Made by a program: the position numbers and the translations under genes
In this document: positions 9,534-20,063 of the stretch, in pieces
Numbering within the stretch: the first letter of the stretch is position 1
Layout: each line of letters begins with the position of its first letter
Source: an uncultured Candidatus Saccharibacteria bacterium
Lineage (GTDB): Bacteria; Patescibacteriota; Minisyncoccia; Phycocordibacterales; UBA918
Assembly: GCA_964353135.1 (NCBI GenBank)
Contig: CAYGTV010000002.1
Location: 169,122-233,121 of the forward strand
DNA length: 64,000 nt
Direction: 5' to 3'
The notes under the pieces: generated by a model
Databases searched by the model: none
The model's input: only the letters and a program-made list of their open reading frames with translations
What the model was told of the DNA's origin: nothing

Positions 9534-11129
9534 TTATTTCTTCTCTTCTTCAGTTTCTGGTTCTGCTTGGTCACTAGTATCGTCTACATCCGCTTGTGAT
9601 TCTAGACCGTCAGTCATGTTACCTTCGGCAAAATCTGAGACTTCAACTACTGCTTCACCGAGGGTGCTGTCGTTGGCTTCTGCTTCAGCGAGTTGTTCCT
9701 CTGCTTCTTCGGGAGTGTCGACATCATTTTCTTCAAACGCTCCGTAGGCATCTCGATCCTGGGTTTCTTCTTCGGCTTTGAGAATCTCTTCGATGTCTGG
9801 TTTAGTAGTTGTTGCGTCGTCTTCACCCATTACTTCGTCGTCTGCACCAACCATAGTGTCTGCTGGTGCTTGGAGAGTCACGTCACCATCTGCATCGGCT
9901 TCGGCCAATTCTTCACCGGTGTTGGCTGACATGATGTCGATCTTCCAACCAGTTAGTTTGGCTGCTAGGCGCACGTTTTGTCCGCCTCGTCCGATTGCGA
10001 GTGATTGCTGGTCGCCGGCTACTTCTACTACAGCATGACCACGTTCACCGGCTTCTGCGTTTGGTTCTTGCTCTATCCTGACTTCCATAACCTGAGCAGG
10101 TGAAAGAGCATCTTCGATAAATTCAACTGGCTCTGGTGACCACTCGATGATGTCAATTTTTTCTCCACCTAGCTCACTCATCACAGTTGATACTCGCACT
10201 CCTCGCTGTCCAACTAGTGATCCAACTGGATCAATGTGGGTGTCGGTTGCGTGAACAGCGATTTTAGTTCGAGCTCCAGCTTCACGGGCCACTGATTTTA
10301 CTTCAACTGCACCTGATTGTAGTTCTGGTGCTTCGATAGCAAATAGTTCTACCAGGAAGTCAGCATGAGAACGCGACAGTTTCAGGAAGATTCCTCGTGG
10401 GGTTTCTTCTACCGCAAGCAAGATTGCTCTGATTCGGTCTCCTGGTTTAAATCGTTCACCAGGAATTTGTTCATCGTAGGGCATGATGGCTGTTACTCGG
10501 CCCAAGTCCACGTATAGATTCCCTCGTTCAAACCGTTGTACTTGTCCAACGACGATATCTCCAGCTTTTTGGCCAAACTCCTCTAGGGCTGAGTCTTTTT
10601 CAGCTTCACGGATTTTCTGCATGATCACTTGCTTTGCCGTCTGAGCCGCGATACGACCAAAATCATCCTTTGGTTCTAGTGGAAATACTAGTTCTTCTCC
10701 CAGCACGACACCACTTTTGATCATTTTGGCGGTATCGATCATGATGTGCTTTTCTTCATCGAATCGGACTTTTCCATCCTCATCCTCGACCTCTTCAACT
10801 TCTCGACGGGTTGACCGCCGGTCTTCAGCTTCCTGGACCGCCTTTCTAGCAGCTTCTTCAGCCGCTTCACCAATTAGGTTGCCGTCCTCATCACGCTCTG
10901 GCTCTGGTTTGAGCATACTTTCGTCAACGACGATCTTGATCTGATTAAAGGTAGTTGTACCAGTTTCAATATCAAAGGCACACGTGATGATCTGTCCACG
11001 CTTTCCAAATTCTTTTCGGTAGGCTGTCGCGAGGGCTTCTTCCATCGCTGATAGCATTCGTTCACGTGGAATACCACGCTCTTCTTCCATTTCTCCTAGT
11101 ACGGAGTTAATTACTTTTAGGTCAAACAT
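9534..11129 (-). CDS. nusA: Transcription termination/antitermination factor NusA with a long acidic C-terminal tail
   Basis: N-terminal NusA domain, S1 and KH1/KH2 regions are recognisable (GRGGQNVRLAAKLTGWKIDI). The C-terminal ~120 aa is D/E-rich instead of AR1/AR2 domains. Confidence 0.9.
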   Translation of the reverse strand: MFDLKVINSVLGEMEEERGIPRERMLSAMEEALATAYRKEFGKRGQIITCAFDIETGTTTFNQIKIVVDESMLKPEPERDEDGNLIGEAAEEAARKAVQEAEDRRSTRREVEEVEDEDGKVRFDEEKHIMIDTAKMIKSGVVLGEELVFPLEPKDDFGRIAAQTAKQVIMQKIREAEKDSALEEFGQKAGDIVVGQVQRFERGNLYVDLGRVTAIMPYDEQIPGERFKPGDRIRAILLAVEETPRGIFLKLSRSHADFLVELFAIEAPELQSGAVEVKSVAREAGARTKIAVHATDTHIDPVGSLVGQRGVRVSTVMSELGGEKIDIIEWSPEPVEFIEDALSPAQVMEVRIEQEPNAEAGERGHAVVEVAGDQQSLAIGRGGQNVRLAAKLTGWKIDIMSANTGEELAEADADGDVTLQAPADTMVGADDEVMGEDDATTTKPDIEEILKAEEETQDRDAYGAFEENDVDTPEEAEEQLAEAEANDSTLGEAVVEVSDFAEGNMTDGLESQADVDDTSDQAEPETEEEKK

Positions 11130-11157
11130 TGCTATTTTTTATTACGCGAAGCGGAAT

Positions 11158-11212
11158 CCAAAAAATGGTATATCGGGCAAGGCGCAATTTGTCCTAGCGC
11201 TTTTGCCCGATG
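11158..11212 (-). promoter_or_regulatory. Hairpin plus U-tract attenuator-like element in the nusA 5' leader
   Basis: On the minus strand, catcgggcaa...ttgcccgat forms a 9-bp stem and is followed by ccattttttgg. This lies about 30-80 nt upstream of the nusA ATG. Confidence 0.4.
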
Positions 11213-11459
11213 AAAAGGCATTTTAATTGGTTACGATATATAAATATTCGGCTCCGCAGTTATTAAGTTGTTACTTCTTTCTTATCAAAGACTGCCCGGC
11301 CTTGCAGCCGAGCAGTCAATCACAGATAGCTAGAGTATATCCCTCAGTCTATGGTTAGTCAAAGCATAAACATTGACTTTTCCTTAAAATTATGTATAAT
11401 ATGAAATGGAAGATCGGCGCACTAACGCAGTCGATCACTACATAGAGGAAGACAGTACC

Positions 11460-12158
11460 ATGAAATTTCTAAAAAAATTAGCAGCGATACTCTCGCTCTC
11501 CCCGCTTGTTATCGTCCCAATTTGGGGCGCTGTCCAAATCAGTCAAGCATCAGCTGAGTCAATTCAAGTCGAAGTTGATTCTGATTATGCCAATCTGGCA
11601 GCTGATGCTGAGTACGATTTAATCCAAGCTCAACGTGAGCTGTATGCGTTCCGTGATCGTGGCGATGAGTATGTCCTGATCAAGCAGGCGATCATCGAAG
11701 AGATCGGTGCCCATCCAGACGAGTGGGAATTGGTGTTTGCCGCCATTGTGGTTGGCCGGGTTGAATCTGAACTGTTTACTCCCGATACCGTCGAAGGCAT
11801 TTTGAAGCAAAAGTTTGGAAGCTACTGGCAGTTCAGTTATATGGGTGACAAGATTCATCCGATGATTACTGACGAACTCGGTGATCGGGTTGATGCTGTG
11901 ATGCAACCGCTGTGGGTCGCTTATGTGCACGGCGAGTATGTCTCGCCGATTGCTGGTCTGCACTCGTTTTGTGTGGCAGCTGCCTGTGATGGTGAGAAGG
12001 CTAAACAATGGTTTGGCCGTCTGCAGTTGTGCGCCACAATGGATGGTCACGAGTACTACTGTGGTGAACCTCAGTACTACGCTCCGACAACATCTGTGCG
12101 CCCAACCAGCCGCTCAACCCCTGATCCATTGATCTTGGCGTTGATGGAAGCGAATTAA
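11460..12158 (+). CDS. Hypothetical secreted protein (signal peptide; several Cys)
   Basis: Start taken as MKFLKKLAAILSLSPLVIVPIWGAVQISQASA, an Sec-type signal. No family recognised. Confidence 0.5.
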   Translation: MKFLKKLAAILSLSPLVIVPIWGAVQISQASAESIQVEVDSDYANLAADAEYDLIQAQRELYAFRDRGDEYVLIKQAIIEEIGAHPDEWELVFAAIVVGRVESELFTPDTVEGILKQKFGSYWQFSYMGDKIHPMITDELGDRVDAVMQPLWVAYVHGEYVSPIAGLHSFCVAAACDGEKAKQWFGRLQLCATMDGHEYYCGEPQYYAPTTSVRPTSRSTPDPLILALMEAN

Positions 12159-12163
12159 GAATT

Positions 12164-12196
12164 AAAAAGGCGGAACCTTCGGGATCCGCCTTTTTT
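12164..12196 (+). terminator. Intrinsic terminator (aaaaaggcggaaccttcgggatccgcctttttt)
   Basis: Hairpin plus T-tract directly after the stop of ORF 11460-12158. Confidence 0.7.
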
Positions 12197-12308
12197 GCTG
12201 CTCGGGTTTGTGTATGGGCGGAAGTCCTGCAAGCAGCCAGGTGCTATAATTCAAGAAACAACTGGAGGTAGTTCTTGTCTGTGGTTCCCACTTGTTCATT
12301 TATATAAT

Positions 12309-14060
12309 ATGCGTATTAAAGACGAACAACTTAAACGATTTATTCTCGATGCGGGATTAATTACTAAATCGGCTATTGCCGAGTCTGAAAAGGTAGCCAA
12401 AGAAGAAGGGCGTACACTGGCCGAAGCTATGATGGCCCAAGGAGTAATGAGTGAAGACGATCTCCGTCGAGTTGAAGCATACGTACTGGGAATCCCGTTT
12501 GTGTCCCTCAAAGAAATGAAGATTGATTTTGAAACACTTACAATGATCCCCGAGCCAGTAGCGCGCACCCACAACATTATTGCCTACAAAAAAAGTGACG
12601 ACACCCTCGAGGTAGCGATGCTCGATACGGCTGACCTGCCAGCGATTGATTTTGTAAAGAAAAAAGTTGGGCTGAAAATTCAGCCCCGACTGACAGACAC
12701 TGAATCAATGCGCGCTGCATTACGTCAGTATCAAAAAACCCTCAAGGATGAGTTTGGTGATTTGATCAGCAAAGACGCGGCTCAATTAAAGGTTCTGGCT
12801 GAAGAAAATGGCCAAGAAGTGAGCGAGGCTGATCTCAAAAAGGCGGCTGAAGACCTGCCAGTGGTGCGCATTGTCGATACTCTGTTGCGTCACGCCATCA
12901 TGCAGGGAGCGTCTGACATCCACATTGAACCAATGGAAGAAGAAGTATTGGTGCGATACCGAACCGACGGTATTTTGCATGACGCGATGAAGCTACCAAA
13001 AATAGCTGCCGGGAGTGTTGTAGCTAGATTAAAAGTGCTTTCTAATCTGAAACTCGACCAGAAACGTTTGCCGCAGGACGGCCGTTTCAAAATGGAAATG
13101 GACGGTCAAAAAGTAGCCTTTCGTGTTTCCATGCTGCCAGTATTTTACGGTGAAAAAGTGGTGATGCGTTTGTTGCGGGAGAACCGCAGTGGTTTCTCAC
13201 TTGAGGGGATTGGGTTCCACGGTAGTACCCTCGAACGAATCCACAAAGCCACTCGAGCAACTACGGGGATCATCCTGGTGACAGGGCCGACTGGTTCTGG
13301 TAAATCAACCACACTGTACACAGTGCTGGACCTTTTAAATACACCAGAGGTAAACATTTCAACCATCGAAGACCCAATTGAGTACCAAATGCCACGGGTT
13401 AATCAGTCACAAGTAAAACCGGAAATTGGTTTCACGTTTGCTGCTGGTCTGCGGTCCCTCATGCGTCAGGATCCTGATGTGATCATGGTAGGGGAAATCC
13501 GTGATGAAGAGACAGCTAGTCTCGCGATTAACGCATCGCTTACTGGACACCTCGTGCTTGCTACCATCCACACCAACTCTGCGGCTGGAACTATCGCTCG
13601 ACTGGTGGACATGGGGGCCGAGACGTTCTTGCTTGTGTCAACACTACGGGTGGCAATTGGTCAGCGGTTGGTTCGACGTTTGGCTGACGATAAAATTCAA
13701 CACACCCTGACCAAAGCGGAGCAAGACGAACTGGCTACAAAGATTAATATGGATTTTGTCCTGTCTAACCTCAAGCAGGAAAATATTGTTGATGCAAAAG
13801 CTACCTGGAACACTATCCCATTCTACAAACCAAAAGAAAAAGGCGAAACTGAGGACGGGTATGCTGGGCGAATGGGTATTCATGAAGTGCTCGAGATCTC
13901 ACCGACTTTGAAAGAGATGGTGATGCAAGGGAAAACTGGTGACGAAGTAGAGGCCCAAGCCCGCCAAGAGGGTATGTTGACGATGCTAGAGGATGGTATC
14001 TTTAAAGCAGCCCAAGGGATGACCAGTATCGAGGAGGTGTTACGAGTAATCAACGAATAG
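12309..14060 (+). CDS. pilB: Type IV pilus assembly ATPase PilB (GspE family)
   Basis: N-terminal GspII_E N domain. Walker A (GPTGSGKST), Asp box, Walker B and His box (LATIHTNSAAG) are conserved. ATG at 12309 chosen. Confidence 0.9.
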   Translation: MRIKDEQLKRFILDAGLITKSAIAESEKVAKEEGRTLAEAMMAQGVMSEDDLRRVEAYVLGIPFVSLKEMKIDFETLTMIPEPVARTHNIIAYKKSDDTLEVAMLDTADLPAIDFVKKKVGLKIQPRLTDTESMRAALRQYQKTLKDEFGDLISKDAAQLKVLAEENGQEVSEADLKKAAEDLPVVRIVDTLLRHAIMQGASDIHIEPMEEEVLVRYRTDGILHDAMKLPKIAAGSVVARLKVLSNLKLDQKRLPQDGRFKMEMDGQKVAFRVSMLPVFYGEKVVMRLLRENRSGFSLEGIGFHGSTLERIHKATRATTGIILVTGPTGSGKSTTLYTVLDLLNTPEVNISTIEDPIEYQMPRVNQSQVKPEIGFTFAAGLRSLMRQDPDVIMVGEIRDEETASLAINASLTGHLVLATIHTNSAAGTIARLVDMGAETFLLVSTLRVAIGQRLVRRLADDKIQHTLTKAEQDELATKINMDFVLSNLKQENIVDAKATWNTIPFYKPKEKGETEDGYAGRMGIHEVLEISPTLKEMVMQGKTGDEVEAQARQEGMLTMLEDGIFKAAQGMTSIEEVLRVINE

Positions 14061-14061
14061 C

Positions 14062-15288
14062 ATGCCAAAATTCACCTATACAGGAGCAGACAGCGAAGGG
14101 GTTCCAGTTGAACGCACTGTTGATGCGGCTGATCGTTTTGCGGTGTATGCAATTGCCAGAACTGAGGGGCACACAGTCTCAAAAGTAGAGTCAGCCTCGT
14201 CGTTTTCTCTAAAGAATGCCTTTAACATGGACGCGATCAACGAAAAGTTGAGTCGGGTAAAAGGAGACGAGTTAGTGATGGTAACGCGCAACCTGGGGTC
14301 AATGATCACCGCTGGTTTGACCGTGTCGCGGGCGCTTGATGTTATCAAACGACAGACTAAAAACCCTAAACTTAAAGCCGTAGTGACGTCAATGGTGGCT
14401 GACATAAACAAAGGTGATTCGTTTTACGAGGCCCTAAAGAAATTCCCAAAAGTTTTCAATGATTTATACATTGCGATGGTGCGGGCAGGGGAAGAGAGTG
14501 GAAACTTGTCTGAAACACTGCAGACACTAGCAATCCAAATGGATAAAACCAACACCCTGAAAAAGAAAATCAAGGGGGCGATGATTTATCCATCAATTGT
14601 GATTTGTGTGATGGTGGTGATTGGTATTTTGATGATGATTTTTGTGATGCCGCAGATCACTAGTGTGTTTGCAAATATGGGGACCGATCTCCCGGCGACT
14701 ACCCAGTTCCTGATTGCAATGAGTGATTTCTTGGTCAACTACACGTTTTTGGCTATTGGAGGGATGTTGGCTGGTATAGCTGCAATTGTGTATGCTCTAA
14801 AAACTACATACGGAAAGATAGCTACATCATGGATTATTCCAAAACTACCAGTGATCGGTGCTCTCGCCAAAGAAACCAACGCAGCCAGAACAGCTCGGAC
14901 GCTTTCTTCGCTACTAGATTCGGGAGTAGATGTGTTGCAAGCAATTGAAATCACTGAGGAAGTACTACAAAACGTCTTCTACAAACAAATCCTAGCAGAA
15001 GCAGCCCTTAGAGTAGAAAAGGGAACAGCCTTGTCGGAAGTTTTTATTGAACGAAATGATTTGTATCCAATTTTGGTAGGAGAGATGATTTTGGTAGGAG
15101 AGGAGACCGGTCAGATTGCCGGCATGCTTGGGGAGTTGGCCCTATTTTATGAAAACGAAGTAGAGCGAAAAACCAAAGACCTTTCAACCATTATCGAACC
15201 ATTGTTGATGGTGGTAATTGGTGCATCGGTTGGGTTCTTTGCTCTCGCGTTGATTGCCCCGATATACTCAATTGGAGATTCTATCTAA
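14062..15288 (+). CDS. pilC: Type IV pilus inner-membrane platform protein PilC (GspF family)
   Basis: 408 aa with two GspF repeats and three TM segments. It immediately follows pilB. Confidence 0.9.
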   Translation: MPKFTYTGADSEGVPVERTVDAADRFAVYAIARTEGHTVSKVESASSFSLKNAFNMDAINEKLSRVKGDELVMVTRNLGSMITAGLTVSRALDVIKRQTKNPKLKAVVTSMVADINKGDSFYEALKKFPKVFNDLYIAMVRAGEESGNLSETLQTLAIQMDKTNTLKKKIKGAMIYPSIVICVMVVIGILMMIFVMPQITSVFANMGTDLPATTQFLIAMSDFLVNYTFLAIGGMLAGIAAIVYALKTTYGKIATSWIIPKLPVIGALAKETNAARTARTLSSLLDSGVDVLQAIEITEEVLQNVFYKQILAEAALRVEKGTALSEVFIERNDLYPILVGEMILVGEETGQIAGMLGELALFYENEVERKTKDLSTIIEPLLMVVIGASVGFFALALIAPIYSIGDSI

Positions 15289-15290
15289 TT

Positions 15291-17054
15291 ATGTACAGAT
15301 ACCCGAACACAAAACAATCAGGCATGCTCTTTGTAGAGTTGATTGTTGTGTCTGCCATCTCGGTACTGATTTTTGGTGCATTGTTTGTTTCTTTTCAATT
15401 CACCGTCGAATTAATCGCAACTACAAGAGCAAAACTCAGTGCGCTTTCACTAGCAAACGATCGAATGGAGTTTTTTCGTTCACTACCATACGATGACGTT
15501 GGAGTAGTTGCAGGTTTTCCAGCCGGAACGGTACCGCAGACGAGTACAACAACGTTGAACGGGATTGAGTTTGTCGAACGAGTGCGTATTGATTACGTGA
15601 ACGATCCTGCTGATGACACCGCAGGAGTTGATGATAATGGAATTATCACTGACTATAAACAGATTAGATTAGAATATAATTGGAATGTTGATGGTAATCC
15701 AAACAGCCTGTCTTTAACCAGTTACATTGTCCCTCGTTCGGTCGAATCAAATGTGGGTGGGGGTACAGTCCGAATCCAAGTATTGGATGCTGACAGTACC
15801 CCACTCCAGGGTGCATCTGTAAGACTGTTTACTTCTAGTACTACGTTTTCATACGATGTGACCAACCCTACAACTGCGGCAGGAGCTGCGCTGTTTGCGG
15901 TTCCTGCTGATAGTGGGTACCAAGTAGAAGTCAGTGCAAACATTGCCGGAGCCCTATACTCAACCAGTAGCACGTATGTTCCATCAACCGCCAATCCAAA
16001 TCCAGTAGTTGGTCCGTTTGCGGTGCTCGAAGCAGATGTGTCCACTCTAACATTCCAGATCGGTGAGTTGAGCGATCTGACACTACAGGTACGTAGCGAC
16101 ATAGTAGAAAACTCACTGTTGGAAGAATTTAATAATGCGTCAGGCATCGCTTCATCAACTGGTTCAACCACTGTATCTGGCGGAGATCTTGTTTTGCAAG
16201 ATACGTTTGGTGTATATGAAAACACTGGTGATATATTTTTGAATCCAATCGCACCTGTAACGATAGAAAAATGGGAAGTCATTCGGCTGGTCACAGACAC
16301 GCCGATTGGGACCAATTATGTCGTACGACTATACACTGGTGACGCATTGACTGCCTACACACCTATCCCGGATGCTGACTTGGCAGGGAATAGTGTCGGA
16401 TTCACTGACAACTTGATTGATGTTAGTCGGCTTGATGTAGTGACATATCCATCAGTTGTTGTCGGGCTGTCTCTCGCGACTACTGATACCAGCGAGACTC
16501 CCGAGATCGATGAGATCGAGGTGTACTGGCGAGAAAGTGCGACTGATCGGACATCATTTAGTATGGATATAACCGGTGACAAAATCATAGGCACGAGTTC
16601 AACCTCTGCTCCTATTTCCAAAGCTACTAGTACAGAAACCACTAACAGCTCTGGTTCGGTTACGATTGATGACCTAGAATTTGATATTTACCGAGTAGCA
16701 CCCAGCGGTTCACTCGACCTAGCATCGGCTTGTCCAGCCTACCCAATCAACCATAGGGCAGGAGTCGATAGTGTTGTTGAATTACTCTATGTACCAAATG
16801 CTGTAGATACACTCAGGGTGGTGGTGACTGACGTGCTCGGTCGAGCGATTCCAGGTGCAACCGTTCAGTTGGAGCGAAGTGGGTACAATGTTACACAGAC
16901 GACCAGTACCTGCGGTCAGACATTTTTCTCAGGCGGACTGACTGACAATACTGACTATGAACTAACGGTGTCGGCTCCAGGTTTCACGAGTGAATCGGTC
17001 GATCCTCTCACAGTTTCTGGTGACACGACTAATACGATAACTTTGACGCTATGA
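15291..17054 (+). CDS. Large prepilin-type (class III signal) pilin-like protein (587 aa)
   Basis: The N-terminus KQSG/MLFVELIVVSAISVLIF matches a prepilin cleavage-methylation motif: Gly at -1, Glu at +5, then a hydrophobic helix. The remainder is Thr/Ser/Val-rich beta-type domains. Confidence 0.7.
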   Translation: MYRYPNTKQSGMLFVELIVVSAISVLIFGALFVSFQFTVELIATTRAKLSALSLANDRMEFFRSLPYDDVGVVAGFPAGTVPQTSTTTLNGIEFVERVRIDYVNDPADDTAGVDDNGIITDYKQIRLEYNWNVDGNPNSLSLTSYIVPRSVESNVGGGTVRIQVLDADSTPLQGASVRLFTSSTTFSYDVTNPTTAAGAALFAVPADSGYQVEVSANIAGALYSTSSTYVPSTANPNPVVGPFAVLEADVSTLTFQIGELSDLTLQVRSDIVENSLLEEFNNASGIASSTGSTTVSGGDLVLQDTFGVYENTGDIFLNPIAPVTIEKWEVIRLVTDTPIGTNYVVRLYTGDALTAYTPIPDADLAGNSVGFTDNLIDVSRLDVVTYPSVVVGLSLATTDTSETPEIDEIEVYWRESATDRTSFSMDITGDKIIGTSSTSAPISKATSTETTNSSGSVTIDDLEFDIYRVAPSGSLDLASACPAYPINHRAGVDSVVELLYVPNAVDTLRVVVTDVLGRAIPGATVQLERSGYNVTQTTSTCGQTFFSGGLTDNTDYELTVSAPGFTSESVDPLTVSGDTTNTITLTL

Positions 17055-17659
17055 TACAGCGCAAACTAACAGCCGGTATGACGTTAATGGAAACAATGAT
17101 TGCTATTGGTATTTACGTTGTGCTTATGTTGGCGATCTTTTCCAGTATCACTTCTTTGTATCGCTATAATGCATATTCGATAGAACAGTCAGGCGAAGTC
17201 GACAATGCCAGGCGAGGGATTACCCAATGGAATCGAGACGTAAAAGAAATGACGACAGCCGAAGACGGAACCTGGCCAATTGCCGTGATTGAACCACACC
17301 GATTGGGATACTATAGTGACACCGATCGTGACGACAGAGTGGAATACGTTGAATATATATTAGCTACTACAACTATTACAAAATACACCTACAATCCATC
17401 AGGGTCACCAGTCAGTTATGATCTGACCTCACCGGACTCTGCAGAGATTCTTTCTGAGTATGTCCAAAATATCGGACAAGCAACGTCGACGTTCTTTTAT
17501 TTTGATACAAACGGCAACGCACTCTCGTCAACGTCACCTATCATTGATGTTCGATACATCAAGGCTCAAATCATTGTAAATATTGACCCTGAACGCAATC
17601 CTGGAGAATTCATGCTTAGGTCGAGTTTGGCACCGCGTAACCTAAAAGATAACCTATAA
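17051..17659 (+). CDS. Pseudopilin or minor pilin with a prepilin-type N-terminus
   Basis: LTAG/MTLMETMIAIGIYVVLMLAIF has Gly at -1, Glu at +5 and a hydrophobic segment. Its start overlaps the stop of the upstream gene by 4 bp. Confidence 0.65.
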   Translation: MIQRKLTAGMTLMETMIAIGIYVVLMLAIFSSITSLYRYNAYSIEQSGEVDNARRGITQWNRDVKEMTTAEDGTWPIAVIEPHRLGYYSDTDRDDRVEYVEYILATTTITKYTYNPSGSPVSYDLTSPDSAEILSEYVQNIGQATSTFFYFDTNGNALSSTSPIIDVRYIKAQIIVNIDPERNPGEFMLRSSLAPRNLKDNL

Positions 17660-17666
17660 TAATAAT

Positions 17667-19043
17667 ATGTTAACGAACGATCGTACATCTAACAAACAGG
17701 CTGGGCAGTTACTTGTGTTGGTTTTGGTATTTGGTGCGATCTTTTTGATTATCATCACATCGTTTATTAGCTCTGTGGTGTCACAAGCACGAGCGGTTGA
17801 TGTTCGATTTGAGCAGCAACGCGCAACAGAAATTGCAGAAGCCGGACTCAATTACTACAAGTGGTATCTAGCTCATTTTCCTGGCGATGCTTCAGGTGGT
17901 GGAATCTATACCTACACAGATCCAGAAGACGGTCCAATTGGTGAGTATGAACTAACTATCAATAGTAGCTCGTATTGTGGTGAGGTGGCGTCGATGGAGG
18001 TAATTTCAAGAGGGTATACCTTTGATAACTCTGCTGCGCAAGCAATCGTGAGTGCTGTGTACCGACGACCCACAATTGCTGAATACTCATTTATAAGTAA
18101 TGCTGGAGTTTGGTACGGAGACTCTCGAGTGATCACTGGACCAGTACATGGAAACCAGGGAGTGAGAATGGATGGAACACATAACTCGTTTGTTGGTGCT
18201 GGCGTTGCGACGTATGAAGGAAACGGTGGGGTGTATACAACTACAGCCAACGCAACTCCAGGGTTATTCCAGTACCCAATATCGCCTATCGACTTTACTG
18301 GACTAACCATCGATTTAGCTCAAATGCGAACCAGTGCTCAAGCTGATGGGATTTATTACGGACCAACCAGTGATTGGGGATACCGGGTGGTTTTCAATGG
18401 TAATGATACAGTTGATATCTTTCGAGTGACCGGCACACAGGATTACCGTTCTTTCTCATCATCAGAAGGTACCCATTGGGGAGAACGAAACGATATAACA
18501 AGCAATGTGCAAATTGCTAATAATCTAGCGATAGATCCTGATTGCCCGGTACTTTTTTTTGAAGACAAGGTATGGATTGAAGGAGCTGTAAGCGGCAAAG
18601 TGGCAGTAGCAGCAGGTCTCAACAGTAGTAATTTACAAAATAATATCGTAATTCATGATGATGTTACCTATGTAGCCGGAACGGATGCTGGATTAGTTGC
18701 AATTGCTGAAGACGATGTTGATGTGGGGATCGATGTGCCAAACAATATGATTGCCAACGGTATTTACATTGCCCAAAATGGGCGGTTTGGTCGGAACCAT
18801 TACACAACTGGAAACTTACCAAACAGCCTAGATCCTTTTGTGTCGCGCGATAGTCTCACTCGTCTTGGATCAGTAGTGTCAAATCAGCGCGGTGGGACTG
18901 AGTGGTCAAGCAGTGGTTCACACATATCAGGGTTTCGCAGTCGGACTACTTCATTCGACAGAGATCAAGTAGATAATCCTCCACCGCTCACGCCAGAAAC
19001 GTCCGATGTATATGAATTGCAGGATTGGCGATCGGAGGGGTAA
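17667..19043 (+). CDS. Pilus-associated membrane-anchored protein (PilX-like, no Glu at +5)
   Basis: N-terminal TM segment (QAGQLLVLVLVFGAIFLIIITSF). Translationally coupled to the pilin genes. Gly/Thr/Asn-rich extracellular part. Confidence 0.5.
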   Translation: MLTNDRTSNKQAGQLLVLVLVFGAIFLIIITSFISSVVSQARAVDVRFEQQRATEIAEAGLNYYKWYLAHFPGDASGGGIYTYTDPEDGPIGEYELTINSSSYCGEVASMEVISRGYTFDNSAAQAIVSAVYRRPTIAEYSFISNAGVWYGDSRVITGPVHGNQGVRMDGTHNSFVGAGVATYEGNGGVYTTTANATPGLFQYPISPIDFTGLTIDLAQMRTSAQADGIYYGPTSDWGYRVVFNGNDTVDIFRVTGTQDYRSFSSSEGTHWGERNDITSNVQIANNLAIDPDCPVLFFEDKVWIEGAVSGKVAVAAGLNSSNLQNNIVIHDDVTYVAGTDAGLVAIAEDDVDVGIDVPNNMIANGIYIAQNGRFGRNHYTTGNLPNSLDPFVSRDSLTRLGSVVSNQRGGTEWSSSGSHISGFRSRTTSFDRDQVDNPPPLTPETSDVYELQDWRSEG

Positions 19044-19067
19044 TAAGTGACCTGCGTCACTTATTAC
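19040..19067 (+). terminator. 12-bp-stem hairpin spanning the stop codon of the last pilus gene (gtaataagtgac ctgc gtcacttattac)
   Basis: Perfect inverted repeat with no clear T-tract, so a weak terminator or processing site. Confidence 0.35.
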
Positions 19068-19292
19068 GCGACTTTCGGTGAGTGAAAGTGGTCGTTGTGA
19101 AGCGAACAGACCAAGTTGGGACCCAGTTTTGTATACACCTTCCTGTGCCGCGCACTCTTCTACTCACCACGATTGGTTTTGTAAAACCCTGGATAACTTT
19201 ACATCTAGATATGTTGCTAAGTAGGTATGTATGACGAAAGAAATATCAAAGCTGGCATAATTTGATTTGTTACCATGCTACACTTTTCTTGT

Positions 19293-20051
19293 ATGAAAAA
19301 AACCATCCCTTTGATTGCCGGTAACTGGAAATGCAATCCAAAAACAGAAAAGGAAGCAATCAAACTAGCAGCCGAGACAAGTAAATTATTTAAAAAAGCT
19401 GATTTCCCGTATGTAGCCATTGCCCCAACTGCACTACACAGTTCTGCTGTAGCGAAACACACTGCTGGTAGCCCTATTATGCTAATGGCGCAAAATGTCT
19501 CACCGTTCACAGTCGGTGCTCACACCGGTGAGCAGTCAGCCGCCCAACTAAAAGATTGTTCTGTCGAGCTGGTGATTATTGGTCACTCAGAACGGCGAGC
19601 AGCTGGAGAAACGGACGCAGAAGTATTGGCTAAAACGCAGGCGGTCCTGGCCGCAAAACTAATTCCGGTTGTTTGTATTGGTGAATTAAAGCGTGACCGA
19701 AACGGCCATTTCTTTAAAGAAGTTGAAAAACAAATCCGAAGCTTTGCAGCTGAACTTACTCCCGCACAACTAAAAAAAGTAGTCATTGCATACGAACCAA
19801 TCTGGGCGATTGGTACTGGCAAAACAGCCACAGCAGATGATGTCAAAGAGATGCAAATTTTCATTGAAAGTATCCTAACCAAGGTACACGACCGAAAGAC
19901 TGCCCAGTCAGTACGGTTGATCTACGGGGGAAGCGTCAAGCCACACAACGCCGCAGAACTACACACAGTTGGAGGAATGAACGGCTTCCTGGTTGGGGGT
20001 GCGAGCCTCAAAGCCGCCGACTTTATTGCGATTACAAAAGCCGTTATCTAA
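19293..20051 (+). CDS. tpiA: Triosephosphate isomerase
   Basis: IAGNWKCNP, the GHSERR catalytic context and IAYEPIWAIGTG are conserved. Confidence 0.9.
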   Translation: MKKTIPLIAGNWKCNPKTEKEAIKLAAETSKLFKKADFPYVAIAPTALHSSAVAKHTAGSPIMLMAQNVSPFTVGAHTGEQSAAQLKDCSVELVIIGHSERRAAGETDAEVLAKTQAVLAAKLIPVVCIGELKRDRNGHFFKEVEKQIRSFAAELTPAQLKKVVIAYEPIWAIGTGKTATADDVKEMQIFIESILTKVHDRKTAQSVRLIYGGSVKPHNAAELHTVGGMNGFLVGGASLKAADFIAITKAVI

Positions 20052-20063
20052 TTACTACGTAGT

